A stretch of DNA of 64,000 bases from an uncultured Candidatus Binatia bacterium (GTDB lineage: Bacteria; Desulfobacterota; Binatia; UBA9968; JAJDTQ01). A program made the translations under genes and the position numbers. Shown piece after piece: positions 34,700-44,348 of the stretch. Below the pieces are notes generated by a model that had not been told where the DNA came from, did no database searches, and worked only from the letters and a program-made list of their open reading frames with translations. The DNA lies in the NCBI GenBank assembly GCA_965215605.1, contig OZ244070.1:448001-512000 (forward strand), written 5' to 3'. Within the stretch, counting starts at the first letter, position 1, and the number at the start of each line of letters is the position of its first letter.

Positions 34700-36922
34700 A
34701 TGGCAGCCCCGGGCGGGAAAGAGTCGGCGGGTTCCGGGAGCAAGCCCGGTAACGAACCTGGGAAGGGGCGCATAACCACCCCGCTGCTGATGCAGACCCA
34801 CGCCACCGAATGCGGCGCGGCATGCCTCGGCAGCGTGCTGGCTTACTTCGGCCGTTGGGTTACTTTCACCGAGCTGCGCGGCAGGTGCGAGGTCAGCCGG
34901 GACGGCTCCACCGCCGCCGGCATCATGCGGGCCGCCCGGCACTATGGACTCGAGTGCACCGGCCGCAGCGCGCCGGCGCAGCAACTCAAGAAGCTGCCGC
35001 TCCCGCTGATCCTGTTCTGGGAGTACAACCACTTCCTCATTCTCGAAGGCTTCGACAGCGAGCGGGTCTACCTCAACGACCCGGCCACGGGCCGGCGCGT
35101 GCTCTCCGCCGAGGAATTCGCCGCAAGCTATTCGGGCGTCGCCCTGCAATTCAATGCCGGGCCGGACTTCCAGCCCGGCGGCACCCGGGCCAACCTCCTG
35201 CAAAGACTCCCCGCATGGCTGCACGACACACGGGGGGCGCTGGCCTATGCCGTGGCATGCGGCCTCTTGCTGGCCGTGCTGGCCCTGGTCACCCCGGCGG
35301 TCCTGGGCATATTCGTGGATCGGGTGCTCGGAGAGAACGAAGCCTGGGGGGGCCTGATGGCGGGAGCGTTGACCGCCGCGGCGGCCCTGGTCTATGGGCT
35401 TGCCTGGCTCAAGCAGCGGTGGCTTCAGCGCCTTTCCGTGCGCATCTCGGTGATCGCCGGCAATCGTTGCCTGTCGCGCCTGCTCCGGCTGCCGGTGGAG
35501 TACTTCAGCCACCGCATGGTGGGTGAGCTCACCGTCCGGCTCCTTTCCATCGACAGGATCGCCAAGAACCTGTCGGAACACTTTCTCGGGGTGCTCATCG
35601 AGATCGCCATGAGCGTGCTCTTCCTGGCCTTCATGCTGGCCTACGACGCCATGCTGGCATCCATCGTCCTGGGGCTGGCGGTGTTGAACGGGATCCTCGT
35701 ACGCGTGATCACTCGCCTCCGCACGGACCAAAGCCATGCCTTGCGGCGCGAGCAGGGATTGCTGATCGGCGTGGGCACGCTGATGTTGAACCAGGCAGAC
35801 CATTTGCGGATGACGGCGGAGGACGACGGGTTCTTTGCCCGCTGGAGCGGCCATCAGGCGCGTGAGCTGGGAGCGCGCCAGCGGTTCTCGGAGTTGAGCC
35901 ACGTCAACGCGGCCATGCCGGGACTGTTCATGATCCTGGGCCACGTGGCCGTGTTGACCATCGGCGCCGGCCAGGTCATCGCCGGCGATCTGACCCTGGG
36001 CGCGCTGGTGGCGTTCTACATCGTGGCGGGCATGTTCCTGGAGCCCGTGGGCCGCTTCGTCGAGTTTGCCGACCAGCGGCAGGCCCTCGAGACCGACATG
36101 CAGCGCCTGGACGACATCACCCAAACCCCCGAAGATCCGGGCTTGACCCGTGACGCCGCTGTTTCGGAGACCATCGCGACGTTCAACGGGCGGCTGCGCC
36201 TGGCGGGCCAGGTGGAGCTGCGCAACGTCACCTTCGGCTACAACCGCGGCCGTCCGCCGTTGATCAAGGACTTCAGCCTGACCATTCAGCCGGGACAGCG
36301 GGTGGCCGTGGTCGGTCCCAGCGGCTCCGGCAAATCGACGCTGTCGCGGCTGGTATCCGGCATCTATCAGCCCTGGTCGGGCGAGATCCTGTACGACGGC
36401 CGTCCGCGAAACGAGATCCCCCGCGAGGTCCTGTCGCGCTCCTTGTCGATGGTGGACCAGGACGTCGTCCTCTTTTCCGCCACCGTGCGCGAGAACGTCA
36501 CCCTGTGGAACCCCACCGTCCCGGACGAGGATATGGTGGCCGCGGCCCGGGACGCCTGCATCCATGACGAGATCCTCAACCGGCCGCTGGGCTACGGCAC
36601 TCCCGTCGAAGAAGACGGGAGCAACTTCAGCGGCGGCCAGCGACAGCGGCTGGAAATCGCCCGGGCGCTCGTGGGCAACCCCACGGTGCTGATCCTCGAC
36701 GAGGCCACCAGCGCTCTCGACGCCGCCACCGAAGAGAGCGTCGACGACGCGCTGCGGCGCCGGGGTTGCAGTTGCCTGATCGTCGCACACCGGCTGAGCA
36801 CGGTGCGGGACTGCGATCAGATCATCGTCCTCGAGAAGGGCGTGGAAGTGCAGCGCGGCACCCACGACGAGCTCATGGCTGACGAAACCGGACTGTACTA
36901 CCGGCTCGTCCGCGCGGGATAA
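34700..36922 (+). CDS. NHLP-family peptidase-containing ABC exporter (C39 + ABC)
   Basis: C39 triad QTHATECGAACL / WEYNHF / LNDPA; Walker A GPSGSGKST; FSGGQRQR; LDEATS. Confidence 0.95.
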   Translation: MAAPGGKESAGSGSKPGNEPGKGRITTPLLMQTHATECGAACLGSVLAYFGRWVTFTELRGRCEVSRDGSTAAGIMRAARHYGLECTGRSAPAQQLKKLPLPLILFWEYNHFLILEGFDSERVYLNDPATGRRVLSAEEFAASYSGVALQFNAGPDFQPGGTRANLLQRLPAWLHDTRGALAYAVACGLLLAVLALVTPAVLGIFVDRVLGENEAWGGLMAGALTAAAALVYGLAWLKQRWLQRLSVRISVIAGNRCLSRLLRLPVEYFSHRMVGELTVRLLSIDRIAKNLSEHFLGVLIEIAMSVLFLAFMLAYDAMLASIVLGLAVLNGILVRVITRLRTDQSHALRREQGLLIGVGTLMLNQADHLRMTAEDDGFFARWSGHQARELGARQRFSELSHVNAAMPGLFMILGHVAVLTIGAGQVIAGDLTLGALVAFYIVAGMFLEPVGRFVEFADQRQALETDMQRLDDITQTPEDPGLTRDAAVSETIATFNGRLRLAGQVELRNVTFGYNRGRPPLIKDFSLTIQPGQRVAVVGPSGSGKSTLSRLVSGIYQPWSGEILYDGRPRNEIPREVLSRSLSMVDQDVVLFSATVRENVTLWNPTVPDEDMVAAARDACIHDEILNRPLGYGTPVEEDGSNFSGGQRQRLEIARALVGNPTVLILDEATSALDAATEESVDDALRRRGCSCLIVAHRLSTVRDCDQIIVLEKGVEVQRGTHDELMADETGLYYRLVRAG

Positions 36923-36926
36923 CCCG

Positions 36927-39848
36927 ATGGAGACCTCGCAGTTTCACCCCCTGGCAGACCTGGCGGCCGAGTCGGGAACGGCCGTCCCCTGCGCCGGCAA
37001 CCTTCCGCTGGACATGGACGATCCCCGGTTCGTCTGGTTCATCGAGACGGGGGCGGTCGACCTTTTTCTGGTGGAACGCCGGGACGGGGTGGAGCAGTCC
37101 GCGCCACAGCACCTGTTGCGCGCCGATGCCGGGCGGTTGCTGCCCGGTGTGACCCCCGAGGCGGCGGACACCACCCTCGGCCTGATGGCGAAGGGGTTGC
37201 CGAATACGATTCTGCGGCGCCTCCCGATCACCAGCCTGGCGGCCATCCGCAGCACAGAGCTGGCGGCGCACGTCGACGCATGGCTCACGGACGTTTCCGC
37301 CATCCTGTCGCGGGACGTTCCGCACCTGCCCCGACCTGACGGGCTGGTGGAATCCGGACAGGCTCCGCAGGTCCTGAAGGGTACGCTTTCGTCGCGCCGG
37401 GGCGTGGCATGGGTATCGACCCCGCCGGACTCCGGGCTGTTCATGGACTTGATCGACCCGGCGGAGCGCGATGCGGAAGACCGCGCCGGGGCGGCCAGGA
37501 TACCCCTCACGCCGGCGAGTTGGCTCACGCTGACCGGGGAGCTGGAGCTTTACGCCCAATCCTCGGAAGCCCTGGCCGAAGAGGGCCTGCTGCTGCCGGC
37601 CCTGGCGAGGTTTCACGCCGTGGCGTTCTCGCTGGAACGACTCAACCGCGGTCTGGCGGTGGTGGATCAGGCGAATCTGGAGCGGGCACGGGCCGCCAAC
37701 CGCCGCACCGACGAGGAAGGCGCCCGCCGCCGGCTGTTCAACCTCTACGGCCTGCAGGAACCGGACGGCGCGGCGGCGGGCGATTCGGTGCTGCTCGAAG
37801 CCCTGCGGGCCGTCGGCGCCCACGAGGGAATCGACTTCAAATGGCCCGAACGGAACGAGGCCGCCGGGTCCGACGCCGTCATGCGCAAGGTCCTGGAAAC
37901 GTCGGGAGTACGTGGACGGCGGGTGCGGCTCGCCTCGCAGGACCGCTGGTGGGTTGGTGACAGCGGCGCCATGCTCGCTTTCCGCGCCGACGACGACCGG
38001 CCGGTGGCGTTGTTGCCGGGCGTGCTGGGGCCCTATCTCGAAGTGGATCCCGTCGACCGCCGCAGGACCCGGGTCACGCCTGAACGCGCGGCATCGCTCC
38101 GCGCCGACGCGTGGGCATTTCAGCAACCACTCGGGTCAGGCCAAGCCGGCCTGCGGGACCTCTTGCGCCTCGCCGTCAAGGGGTTGCCCCGCGACTTCGT
38201 GCGCTTCCTGCTGGCCGGGCTTCTGAGCGGCCTCGTCATGCTGCTGCCTGCCATCGTGGTGGGCATCATTGTCGACGAGGTGATTCCCGCCGGCGAGGCC
38301 GGCCTGTTGTATCTGGCCGGCGCGGCACTGGGAGCGTTCGCCCTGATCCGGGCGTTGCTGCACATTCTCCAGGGAATGGCGCTGATGCGCCTGGAAGGCC
38401 GTGTCGCCTCGCGAGTGGAGGCCGCGTTCTGGGACCGGCTGCTCCGGCTGCCGCCGGGCGTCCTCCATCGTTACCCCGCCGGGGACCTCGCCATACGGGG
38501 GATGACGTTCCAGCGACTCCGTGACGCCGTGCAAGGCGCGGTGGCCGACGGGGTTCTGTCTCTCCTCTTCCTGTCGCCCGCGTTCCTGCTCATATTCTTC
38601 TACGACGCCATGCTGGGCGTCGTGGCAGCCGCCTTCGGCCTCCTGTCACTGCTGGCGACGGTGGGACTCGGCCTGCGCCAGATACCACCGCAAGGCCGGG
38701 TAACCCGGACCGTCCAGGGGCTGGCCGGGCGGCTGTTCCAGCTCGTCAACGGCATTTCCAAGCTCCGCGTGGACGGCGCCGAAGGCTCCGCGTTTGCGGT
38801 CTGGGCGCGGGACTACCGCGAGCAGAAGCATGCGGAGCTGGAGGTGGCTCGGTTCGAAACCCATCTACGGGCGTTCGGTGCGGCCTTGCCTCTGCTGGCG
38901 GCGGCGGTGCTGTTGCTGGCCGCGACCTTGCCGGACGGGCGGACCATCACGGCGGGTGACTTCCTCGTCATCTACACCCTGTTCATGCTGTTCCAGACGG
39001 CGGTGGCCCGCCTGGGCATGTCGTTCAGCACCGTCGCCGCCATCGTGCCCGCCCTGGATCAGGTCCGGCCGTTCCTCGCCCAGGCGCCGGAGACGGGCGC
39101 CGACGGCGAACCGGTCGAGTCGCTGGGGGGCGACATCGCGTTCGACCACGTCTCCTTCCGGTACGGCCCGGACGGCCCGTTGATCCTCGACGACGTCTCC
39201 ATCCGAGCCCGCCCCGGCGAGTTCGTCGCCATCGCCGGCGAGTCGGGCGCGGGCAAGAGCACCCTCTTCCGGCTGGCGCTCGGTCTGGACCAGCCGTCCG
39301 GCGGCGCCCTGTACTACGACGGGCGCGACCTCAAGCACCTCAACCTCAAGCAGGTCCGCCGGCAGATCGGCGCGGTCCCGCAGCAGGTGCAGCTCCACCC
39401 ACAGGACCTCTGGGACAACATCGTCGGCGACGACGAAGAAGCCACCGTGGACGATGCCTGGGAGGCGGCCCGGCTCGCGGCCGTCGACCAGGAGATCGCG
39501 GCGATGCCCATGGGGATGATGACCAACGTGGGCGCAAGCACCAGCGTTACATCCGGGGGCGAGAGCCAACGCATCGTCATCGCCCACGCGCTGCTGCGCA
39601 ACCCGCGCATCCTGCTGCTGGACGAAGCGACCAACTGGCTCGACAACGACAACCAGTCCAGCATCATGGACAACCTCGCGGGCCTCACCTCCACGCGTAT
39701 CGTCATTGCCCACCGGCTTTCCACGCTGCGCCAAGCCGACCGCATCTACGTCATGCGCGCCGGGAAGGTAGTCCAGGAAGGCTCCTTCGCCGAGTTGACA
39801 GCAACCGAGGGCGTCTTCCGGGATCTAGTGCGACGGCAGATCGCGTAA
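36927..39848 (+). CDS. NHLP-system second ABC transporter (no peptidase; N-terminal cNMP-like domain)
   Basis: VWFIETGAVDLF N-terminus, TM domain, GESGAGKST, SGGESQR, LDEATN. Confidence 0.92.
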   Translation: METSQFHPLADLAAESGTAVPCAGNLPLDMDDPRFVWFIETGAVDLFLVERRDGVEQSAPQHLLRADAGRLLPGVTPEAADTTLGLMAKGLPNTILRRLPITSLAAIRSTELAAHVDAWLTDVSAILSRDVPHLPRPDGLVESGQAPQVLKGTLSSRRGVAWVSTPPDSGLFMDLIDPAERDAEDRAGAARIPLTPASWLTLTGELELYAQSSEALAEEGLLLPALARFHAVAFSLERLNRGLAVVDQANLERARAANRRTDEEGARRRLFNLYGLQEPDGAAAGDSVLLEALRAVGAHEGIDFKWPERNEAAGSDAVMRKVLETSGVRGRRVRLASQDRWWVGDSGAMLAFRADDDRPVALLPGVLGPYLEVDPVDRRRTRVTPERAASLRADAWAFQQPLGSGQAGLRDLLRLAVKGLPRDFVRFLLAGLLSGLVMLLPAIVVGIIVDEVIPAGEAGLLYLAGAALGAFALIRALLHILQGMALMRLEGRVASRVEAAFWDRLLRLPPGVLHRYPAGDLAIRGMTFQRLRDAVQGAVADGVLSLLFLSPAFLLIFFYDAMLGVVAAAFGLLSLLATVGLGLRQIPPQGRVTRTVQGLAGRLFQLVNGISKLRVDGAEGSAFAVWARDYREQKHAELEVARFETHLRAFGAALPLLAAAVLLLAATLPDGRTITAGDFLVIYTLFMLFQTAVARLGMSFSTVAAIVPALDQVRPFLAQAPETGADGEPVESLGGDIAFDHVSFRYGPDGPLILDDVSIRARPGEFVAIAGESGAGKSTLFRLALGLDQPSGGALYYDGRDLKHLNLKQVRRQIGAVPQQVQLHPQDLWDNIVGDDEEATVDDAWEAARLAAVDQEIAAMPMGMMTNVGASTSVTSGGESQRIVIAHALLRNPRILLLDEATNWLDNDNQSSIMDNLAGLTSTRIVIAHRLSTLRQADRIYVMRAGKVVQEGSFAELTATEGVFRDLVRRQIA

Positions 39849-39874
39849 GCCGAACGTAGAGATTTCACGAATCG

Positions 39875-39997
39875 CCAAAAATATCGCCGAACCAAAGCAT
39901 ATCAAAAAATGCCTAAATCATCTCCAAAATAAGATTGCACTGTGAGAGCAACAAGGGTATAATCTTTTAGTTACGATCGGTAAAAACAAGGAGGTGA
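39875..39997 (+). promoter_or_regulatory. Strong sigma70 promoter and RBS of the RiPP precursor
   Basis: A-tract-rich upstream region, TTGCAC (39935-40)-N17-TATAAT (39958-63), SD AAGGAGGTGA (39988-97). Confidence 0.85.
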
Positions 39998-40000
39998 CAT

Positions 40001-40264
40001 ATGCAGGCGTTTCAATCGGCAGAGGATATGCGCCGTCAGTTGACGGAGAAGGCGACGGAAGATCCCGCATTCCGGGCACAGCTCGTGGCGGATCCCAAGA
40101 GCGTCCTCTACCAGGAGTTCGGCGTGTCGGTTCCCGACAATATCGACATCCAGGTGCATGAGAGCGACATGCGCACCGTGCACCTGGCATTGCCGCCTAG
40201 CCCCGTGCTGGACGAGGAACAGCTCCAGGCGGTTTCCGCCGGTCTTTGCTGCTGCGGGATCTAG
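40001..40264 (+). CDS. NHLP/proteusin RiPP precursor; predicted core LCCCGI
   Basis: Nitrile-hydratase-like leader (KATEDPAFRAQLVADPK...HLALPP), double-Gly-type site LDEEQLQAVSAG, then LCCCGI and stop. Confidence 0.95.
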   Translation: MQAFQSAEDMRRQLTEKATEDPAFRAQLVADPKSVLYQEFGVSVPDNIDIQVHESDMRTVHLALPPSPVLDEEQLQAVSAGLCCCGI

Positions 40265-40273
40265 ACCAGGTTC

Positions 40274-40362
40274 ACCGCTCCCGGCAAGGGCTTGGAGCGG
40301 TCCGACGATAAAAGGGGACCCGCGGGCGCGACACCTCATCGCGTCAGCGGTCCCCGTTTCTT
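40274..40362 (+). terminator. Two hairpins downstream of the precursor (stabiliser or terminator)
   Basis: ACCGCTCC...GGAGCGGT (40274-40301) and GGGGACC...GGTCCCC followed by GTTTCTT (~40314-40362). Confidence 0.55.
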
Positions 40363-40478
40363 GACCGAGCCTCCATGGCACCATAACGCTTCCTGTTGGA
40401 TCGGGCGGAGATGGCGCATCCTCGGGATGAATGTCCGCTTGACACCTTCGAATCTCTCAACCAGGCCCAGCCCTCGCA

Positions 40479-42797
40479 ATGCAGCATTTCGAAACGCGAT
40501 TCGCGGAGTGGGTGGTGGCGGCCCGCTGGCCGATCGTGGCGGCCACGTTGATTCTGGTCGCGGTGGCCGCGAGCGGCAGTCTGTTCCTCAAGTTCTCCAC
40601 GGACTATCGCGTATTCTTCAGCGAAGACAATCCTCAACTCCTGGCCCTCGAGGCGTTGGAAAGCACCTACGGGAAGAGCCACAACGTCCTGTTCATGATC
40701 GTTCCGGAGGATGGCGACGCCACGTCGGAACAGGCCCTGGCGGCAGTGGGCTGGCTCACCGAGCGCGCCTGGCAGGCGCCGTACTCGAGACGCGTCGATT
40801 CCATCGCGAACTTCCAGCATACCACCGCCGACGGCGACGACTTGTCGGTGCGAGACCTTGTCGACCCGACGAAGCTGGCCGATGGCGGGGAACGGGCGCG
40901 GATCCGCGCCGCGGCCCTGGCCGACCCGCGGCTTGCGGGAAGCCTCCTGGCCCGGGACGGCAGTGTGAGCGCCGTCAGCCTGACCGTGGAGCTGCCCGAC
41001 GAAAATCAAACCGTGACGGTGCCCGAGGTCGCCGAATTCGCCCGCGGGCTCGCTGCCGAGGTGGAAAATCGGTTTCCAGGGATCGACCTCCGTCTGGTCG
41101 GCACGGTGATGATCAACCACGCTTTCTCGGAAGCGTCGGTAGACAGCCAGAAGATCTTCCTGCCTGCTAGCCTCGCCATCATGGCCCTGGTTCTTGCAAT
41201 CCTTACCCGGGGATTCGCGGGGCTGGCGGCGACGGGGTTGGTGATCGTCTTCTCCGTCGTCGTGTCGATGGGGCTGGGGGGTTGGGTCGGGCTGCCGTTC
41301 TCCCCGCCCACGGCACCGGCGCCGACCATCGTGCTGATGATCGTCGTGGCCAACTGTGTGCACCTGCTGATGGCGTTGCTGCAACGCCTGCGGGCCGGCG
41401 ATTCCAGGCGCGCGGCGATCGTCGAAGCCGTCAGGCTCAATCTGTATCCGATCTTTCTCGCCAGCGTGACCACGGCGTTCGGCTTCCTGACCATGAATTT
41501 CTCCGAAGTGCCGCCATACCGCCACCTGGGAAACTTCGTCGCCTTCGGTATCGGCGCCTCGTTCGTGCTCTCGGTCACGTTCCTGCCGGCGCTGCTCTCG
41601 CTGCTCCCTGTTCGCGCGCCCCGGGCCGCGCGGCACGAGGACCCCGCGATGGCCGCCATGGCGAAATTCGTGGTGCGGCGCCGGAAGGCCCTTTTGTGGG
41701 GATCGGCGGCGGTGGCGTTCGCCCTGCTGGCGGCCATACCCCGCAACGAGCTCAACGACGTTCTGGTGCACTTCTTCAACGAAAGGGTCGAGTTCCGGCA
41801 GGATACGGACTTCCTGGACGAGAGGTTGAGCGGCAACACCGTGCTCGAATACTCGCTCGCCTCGGCCGGCCCGGGCCACGTCGCCGACCCCCTCTTTCTG
41901 GCCGACGTATCGGCTTTCGCCGACTGGTACCGCAAACAGCCCGAAACACGGCACGTCAACGTCATCACCGACACGTTCCGGCAGCTCAACAAGAGCATGC
42001 ACGGCGACGATCCGGCCGCCTACCGGCTTCCGGCAAGGCGCGATCTTGCCGCGCAATACCTGCTGCTTTACGAACTCTCTCTGCCCTTGGGACTGGACCT
42101 GAACAACCGGATCGATTCCGCCAAATCGGCGACGCGCATGACGGTAACAGCAAAGACCCTTTCCTCGCGGGAGGTGCTGGAGTTGAACGCGCGCGCGGAA
42201 GCCTGGCTGAAGGGCAACACGCCGCGTATTACCCGCGTTGACGCCTCGGGTCCCGCGCTGCTCTTCGCCCATATCGGGCAACGCAACATCCGCGCGATGC
42301 TGCTCGGAACCGCGGTGGCGCTCCTCGGTATTTCTCTCCTCCTCGTCGTCCCCTTGCGGTCGCTCCGGCTCGGCCTCGCGAGCCTCGTGCCCAATTTTGT
42401 CCCCGCGGTAATGGGCTTCGGCGTCTGGGGACTGATGGTCGGACAGGTGGGACTCGCGCTTTCGGTGGTGGTGGCCATGACCATCGGGATCGTCGTGGAC
42501 GACACCGTACATTTTCTCAGTAAATACCGCCGCGCGCGGCGCGAGTGCACGCCGGAGGACGCCGTGCGCTACGCGTTTCAGACGGCGGGGCGGGCAATGG
42601 TCACGACCTCGGCCGTCCTCGTGGCGGGTTTCCTGATCCTGGTCCTTTCCCCATTCATCCCCACCGCGCAGGTAGGGCTGCTCACGGCAATGATCATCGC
42701 GTTCGCGCTGCTCACCGATTTGCTGCTCCTGCCGGCGCTGGTGCTCACCGTGGACCGTGGCGTCCCGCCCGCCGGGACGGTCCATACCGAAGCCTGA
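40479..42797 (+). CDS. MMPL/RND-family membrane transporter
   Basis: Two TM repeats with large loops; LASVTTAFGF, GIVVDDTVHFL, GRAMVTTS, DLLLLPAL. Confidence 0.92.
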   Translation: MQHFETRFAEWVVAARWPIVAATLILVAVAASGSLFLKFSTDYRVFFSEDNPQLLALEALESTYGKSHNVLFMIVPEDGDATSEQALAAVGWLTERAWQAPYSRRVDSIANFQHTTADGDDLSVRDLVDPTKLADGGERARIRAAALADPRLAGSLLARDGSVSAVSLTVELPDENQTVTVPEVAEFARGLAAEVENRFPGIDLRLVGTVMINHAFSEASVDSQKIFLPASLAIMALVLAILTRGFAGLAATGLVIVFSVVVSMGLGGWVGLPFSPPTAPAPTIVLMIVVANCVHLLMALLQRLRAGDSRRAAIVEAVRLNLYPIFLASVTTAFGFLTMNFSEVPPYRHLGNFVAFGIGASFVLSVTFLPALLSLLPVRAPRAARHEDPAMAAMAKFVVRRRKALLWGSAAVAFALLAAIPRNELNDVLVHFFNERVEFRQDTDFLDERLSGNTVLEYSLASAGPGHVADPLFLADVSAFADWYRKQPETRHVNVITDTFRQLNKSMHGDDPAAYRLPARRDLAAQYLLLYELSLPLGLDLNNRIDSAKSATRMTVTAKTLSSREVLELNARAEAWLKGNTPRITRVDASGPALLFAHIGQRNIRAMLLGTAVALLGISLLLVVPLRSLRLGLASLVPNFVPAVMGFGVWGLMVGQVGLALSVVVAMTIGIVVDDTVHFLSKYRRARRECTPEDAVRYAFQTAGRAMVTTSAVLVAGFLILVLSPFIPTAQVGLLTAMIIAFALLTDLLLLPALVLTVDRGVPPAGTVHTEA

Positions 42798-42839
42798 CCT
42801 TCCGCGACGTTTGCGCGGCATCCATCGAGGACTCTACCT

Positions 42840-44168
42840 CTACTTCCTCTTTCCCGGCGGCGCCGGGCTTTCTCCGAATGGCATGCCTTCCCCCTGGAAC
42901 ACCTGCTTCGGATCGAACTCTCTCTTCCACCGGATGCCCGTTTCCAGCTTCTCTCCGAAGTGTTCCTTCCATTCCTCGCGCCCATAGCCCACGCGGCCCG
43001 ACAGATAGCTCTTTCCTCCGAGGCCGACGAGTGTCCGGGTGACCTCCTTCAGTCTTTCCGCCACCTCGCTGGCCCTTTCGTAGGCGCCCAGCACGGCCAG
43101 GATATGGTACGAGAACATGCGCCTCCCGCTCGGGTGCATGAAGAGCGGGGCGTCGATCGCCTCGGTATTGATCGGATAGATCCCGATCCAGCTTTCGGGT
43201 GCTGGCGGCACCCACTCCCGGTCCAGCCAAGGCTGGGCGAGCACCGTCGGAAGGGTTTCCCAGGGCATGAACCAATCGCGCCACGGGTAGTAGTGGCTCC
43301 GGCTGAACAGCCAGCCCAGATACATCCCGGCCCGTCCGACCTCGGCGGTGTCACGGATGCTGACAATCTCCTCGTACCCCAGCCCTTCGAGCACCGTTCC
43401 GTCATCGTGTTCCCGGTCGTACTCGACGCCGGCATCCATGATGATCTCGCTGTCGTGGAACCGGGTCTCCGCTCGCAGACGGCCGAACCGGCCCTCGTCG
43501 ACGGCCTGTTCGAAGTCACGCGCGAACCGGTCGAAATCGCGATAGCGGAGCTCGTACTGCCGAATCCGTTCTCCGGCCTTTCGAACGCGGATCCACGCGT
43601 CAGCAATGACGCCGAATTGTCCCTGGCCACCCCTCACCGCGTCGAAGAGGTCCGCGTTCCGGGTGCGTGAGCACCGTACTCGCTCGCCGGTTCCGGTCAC
43701 CACGTCGAGTTGCTCGACCTGTCCGATCTGCATCCCGTAACGGTGGGACGTGTTGCCCAGCCCTCCCGCGGACAAAGTTCCTCCGACGGTCACATCCAAC
43801 GTATCCACCAGCACCCGTGGCAGCCGTCCCGCCCCACGCAGCGCCTCCAACACCTTGCCCCACGGCGCTCCGCCTTGCGCCCGCACCAAGTCTCCCCCCA
43901 GGGGCCGGACTCGATCAAGGTACATCGTGTCGAGCACCAGGCCGCCGTCCGTGAGGCTCTGTCCGCCCTGAGAGTGTCCTCCTCCGCGGACGGCCAGTTG
44001 GACTCCGTCGCCGGCCGCCCCGCGGACGATGCTCGACAGCTCATCGACGCTCTTCGGTCGCGCCACCGCTCCGGGCATCTTCCTGATCATTCTTCCCCAG
44101 TCGTACGATCGAGCCTCCCGGTCTTCCCGGTCTTTGCTCACGCTCGATTCGACACCTTGTTCGACCAT
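42840..44168 (-). CDS. FAD-linked oxidoreductase (VAO/PCMH fold, cytokinin dehydrogenase-like)
   Basis: RGGGHSQGGQS (covalent-His motif), TVGGTLSAGG, LFDAVRGGQGQFGVI, HYYPW, KREFDP. Confidence 0.88.
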   Translation of the reverse strand: MVEQGVESSVSKDREDREARSYDWGRMIRKMPGAVARPKSVDELSSIVRGAAGDGVQLAVRGGGHSQGGQSLTDGGLVLDTMYLDRVRPLGGDLVRAQGGAPWGKVLEALRGAGRLPRVLVDTLDVTVGGTLSAGGLGNTSHRYGMQIGQVEQLDVVTGTGERVRCSRTRNADLFDAVRGGQGQFGVIADAWIRVRKAGERIRQYELRYRDFDRFARDFEQAVDEGRFGRLRAETRFHDSEIIMDAGVEYDREHDDGTVLEGLGYEEIVSIRDTAEVGRAGMYLGWLFSRSHYYPWRDWFMPWETLPTVLAQPWLDREWVPPAPESWIGIYPINTEAIDAPLFMHPSGRRMFSYHILAVLGAYERASEVAERLKEVTRTLVGLGGKSYLSGRVGYGREEWKEHFGEKLETGIRWKREFDPKQVFQGEGMPFGESPAPPGKRK

Positions 44169-44348
44169 TTCTCCTCCTCTCGGGGCACCGTTCCCCGCGG
44201 CAAGATCCTAGAGGCACGAAGCCGCTTCGTCAACGTGCTTCCCGGTTCCGGATCGCTCTTGCATTTCCGTCGGCGGCTACCTAGTCTTTCCCCCGACACG
44301 GGAGGCCACATCGTGGCCGGTATGCAGCAACGGGGGACCAGAGTGGAA

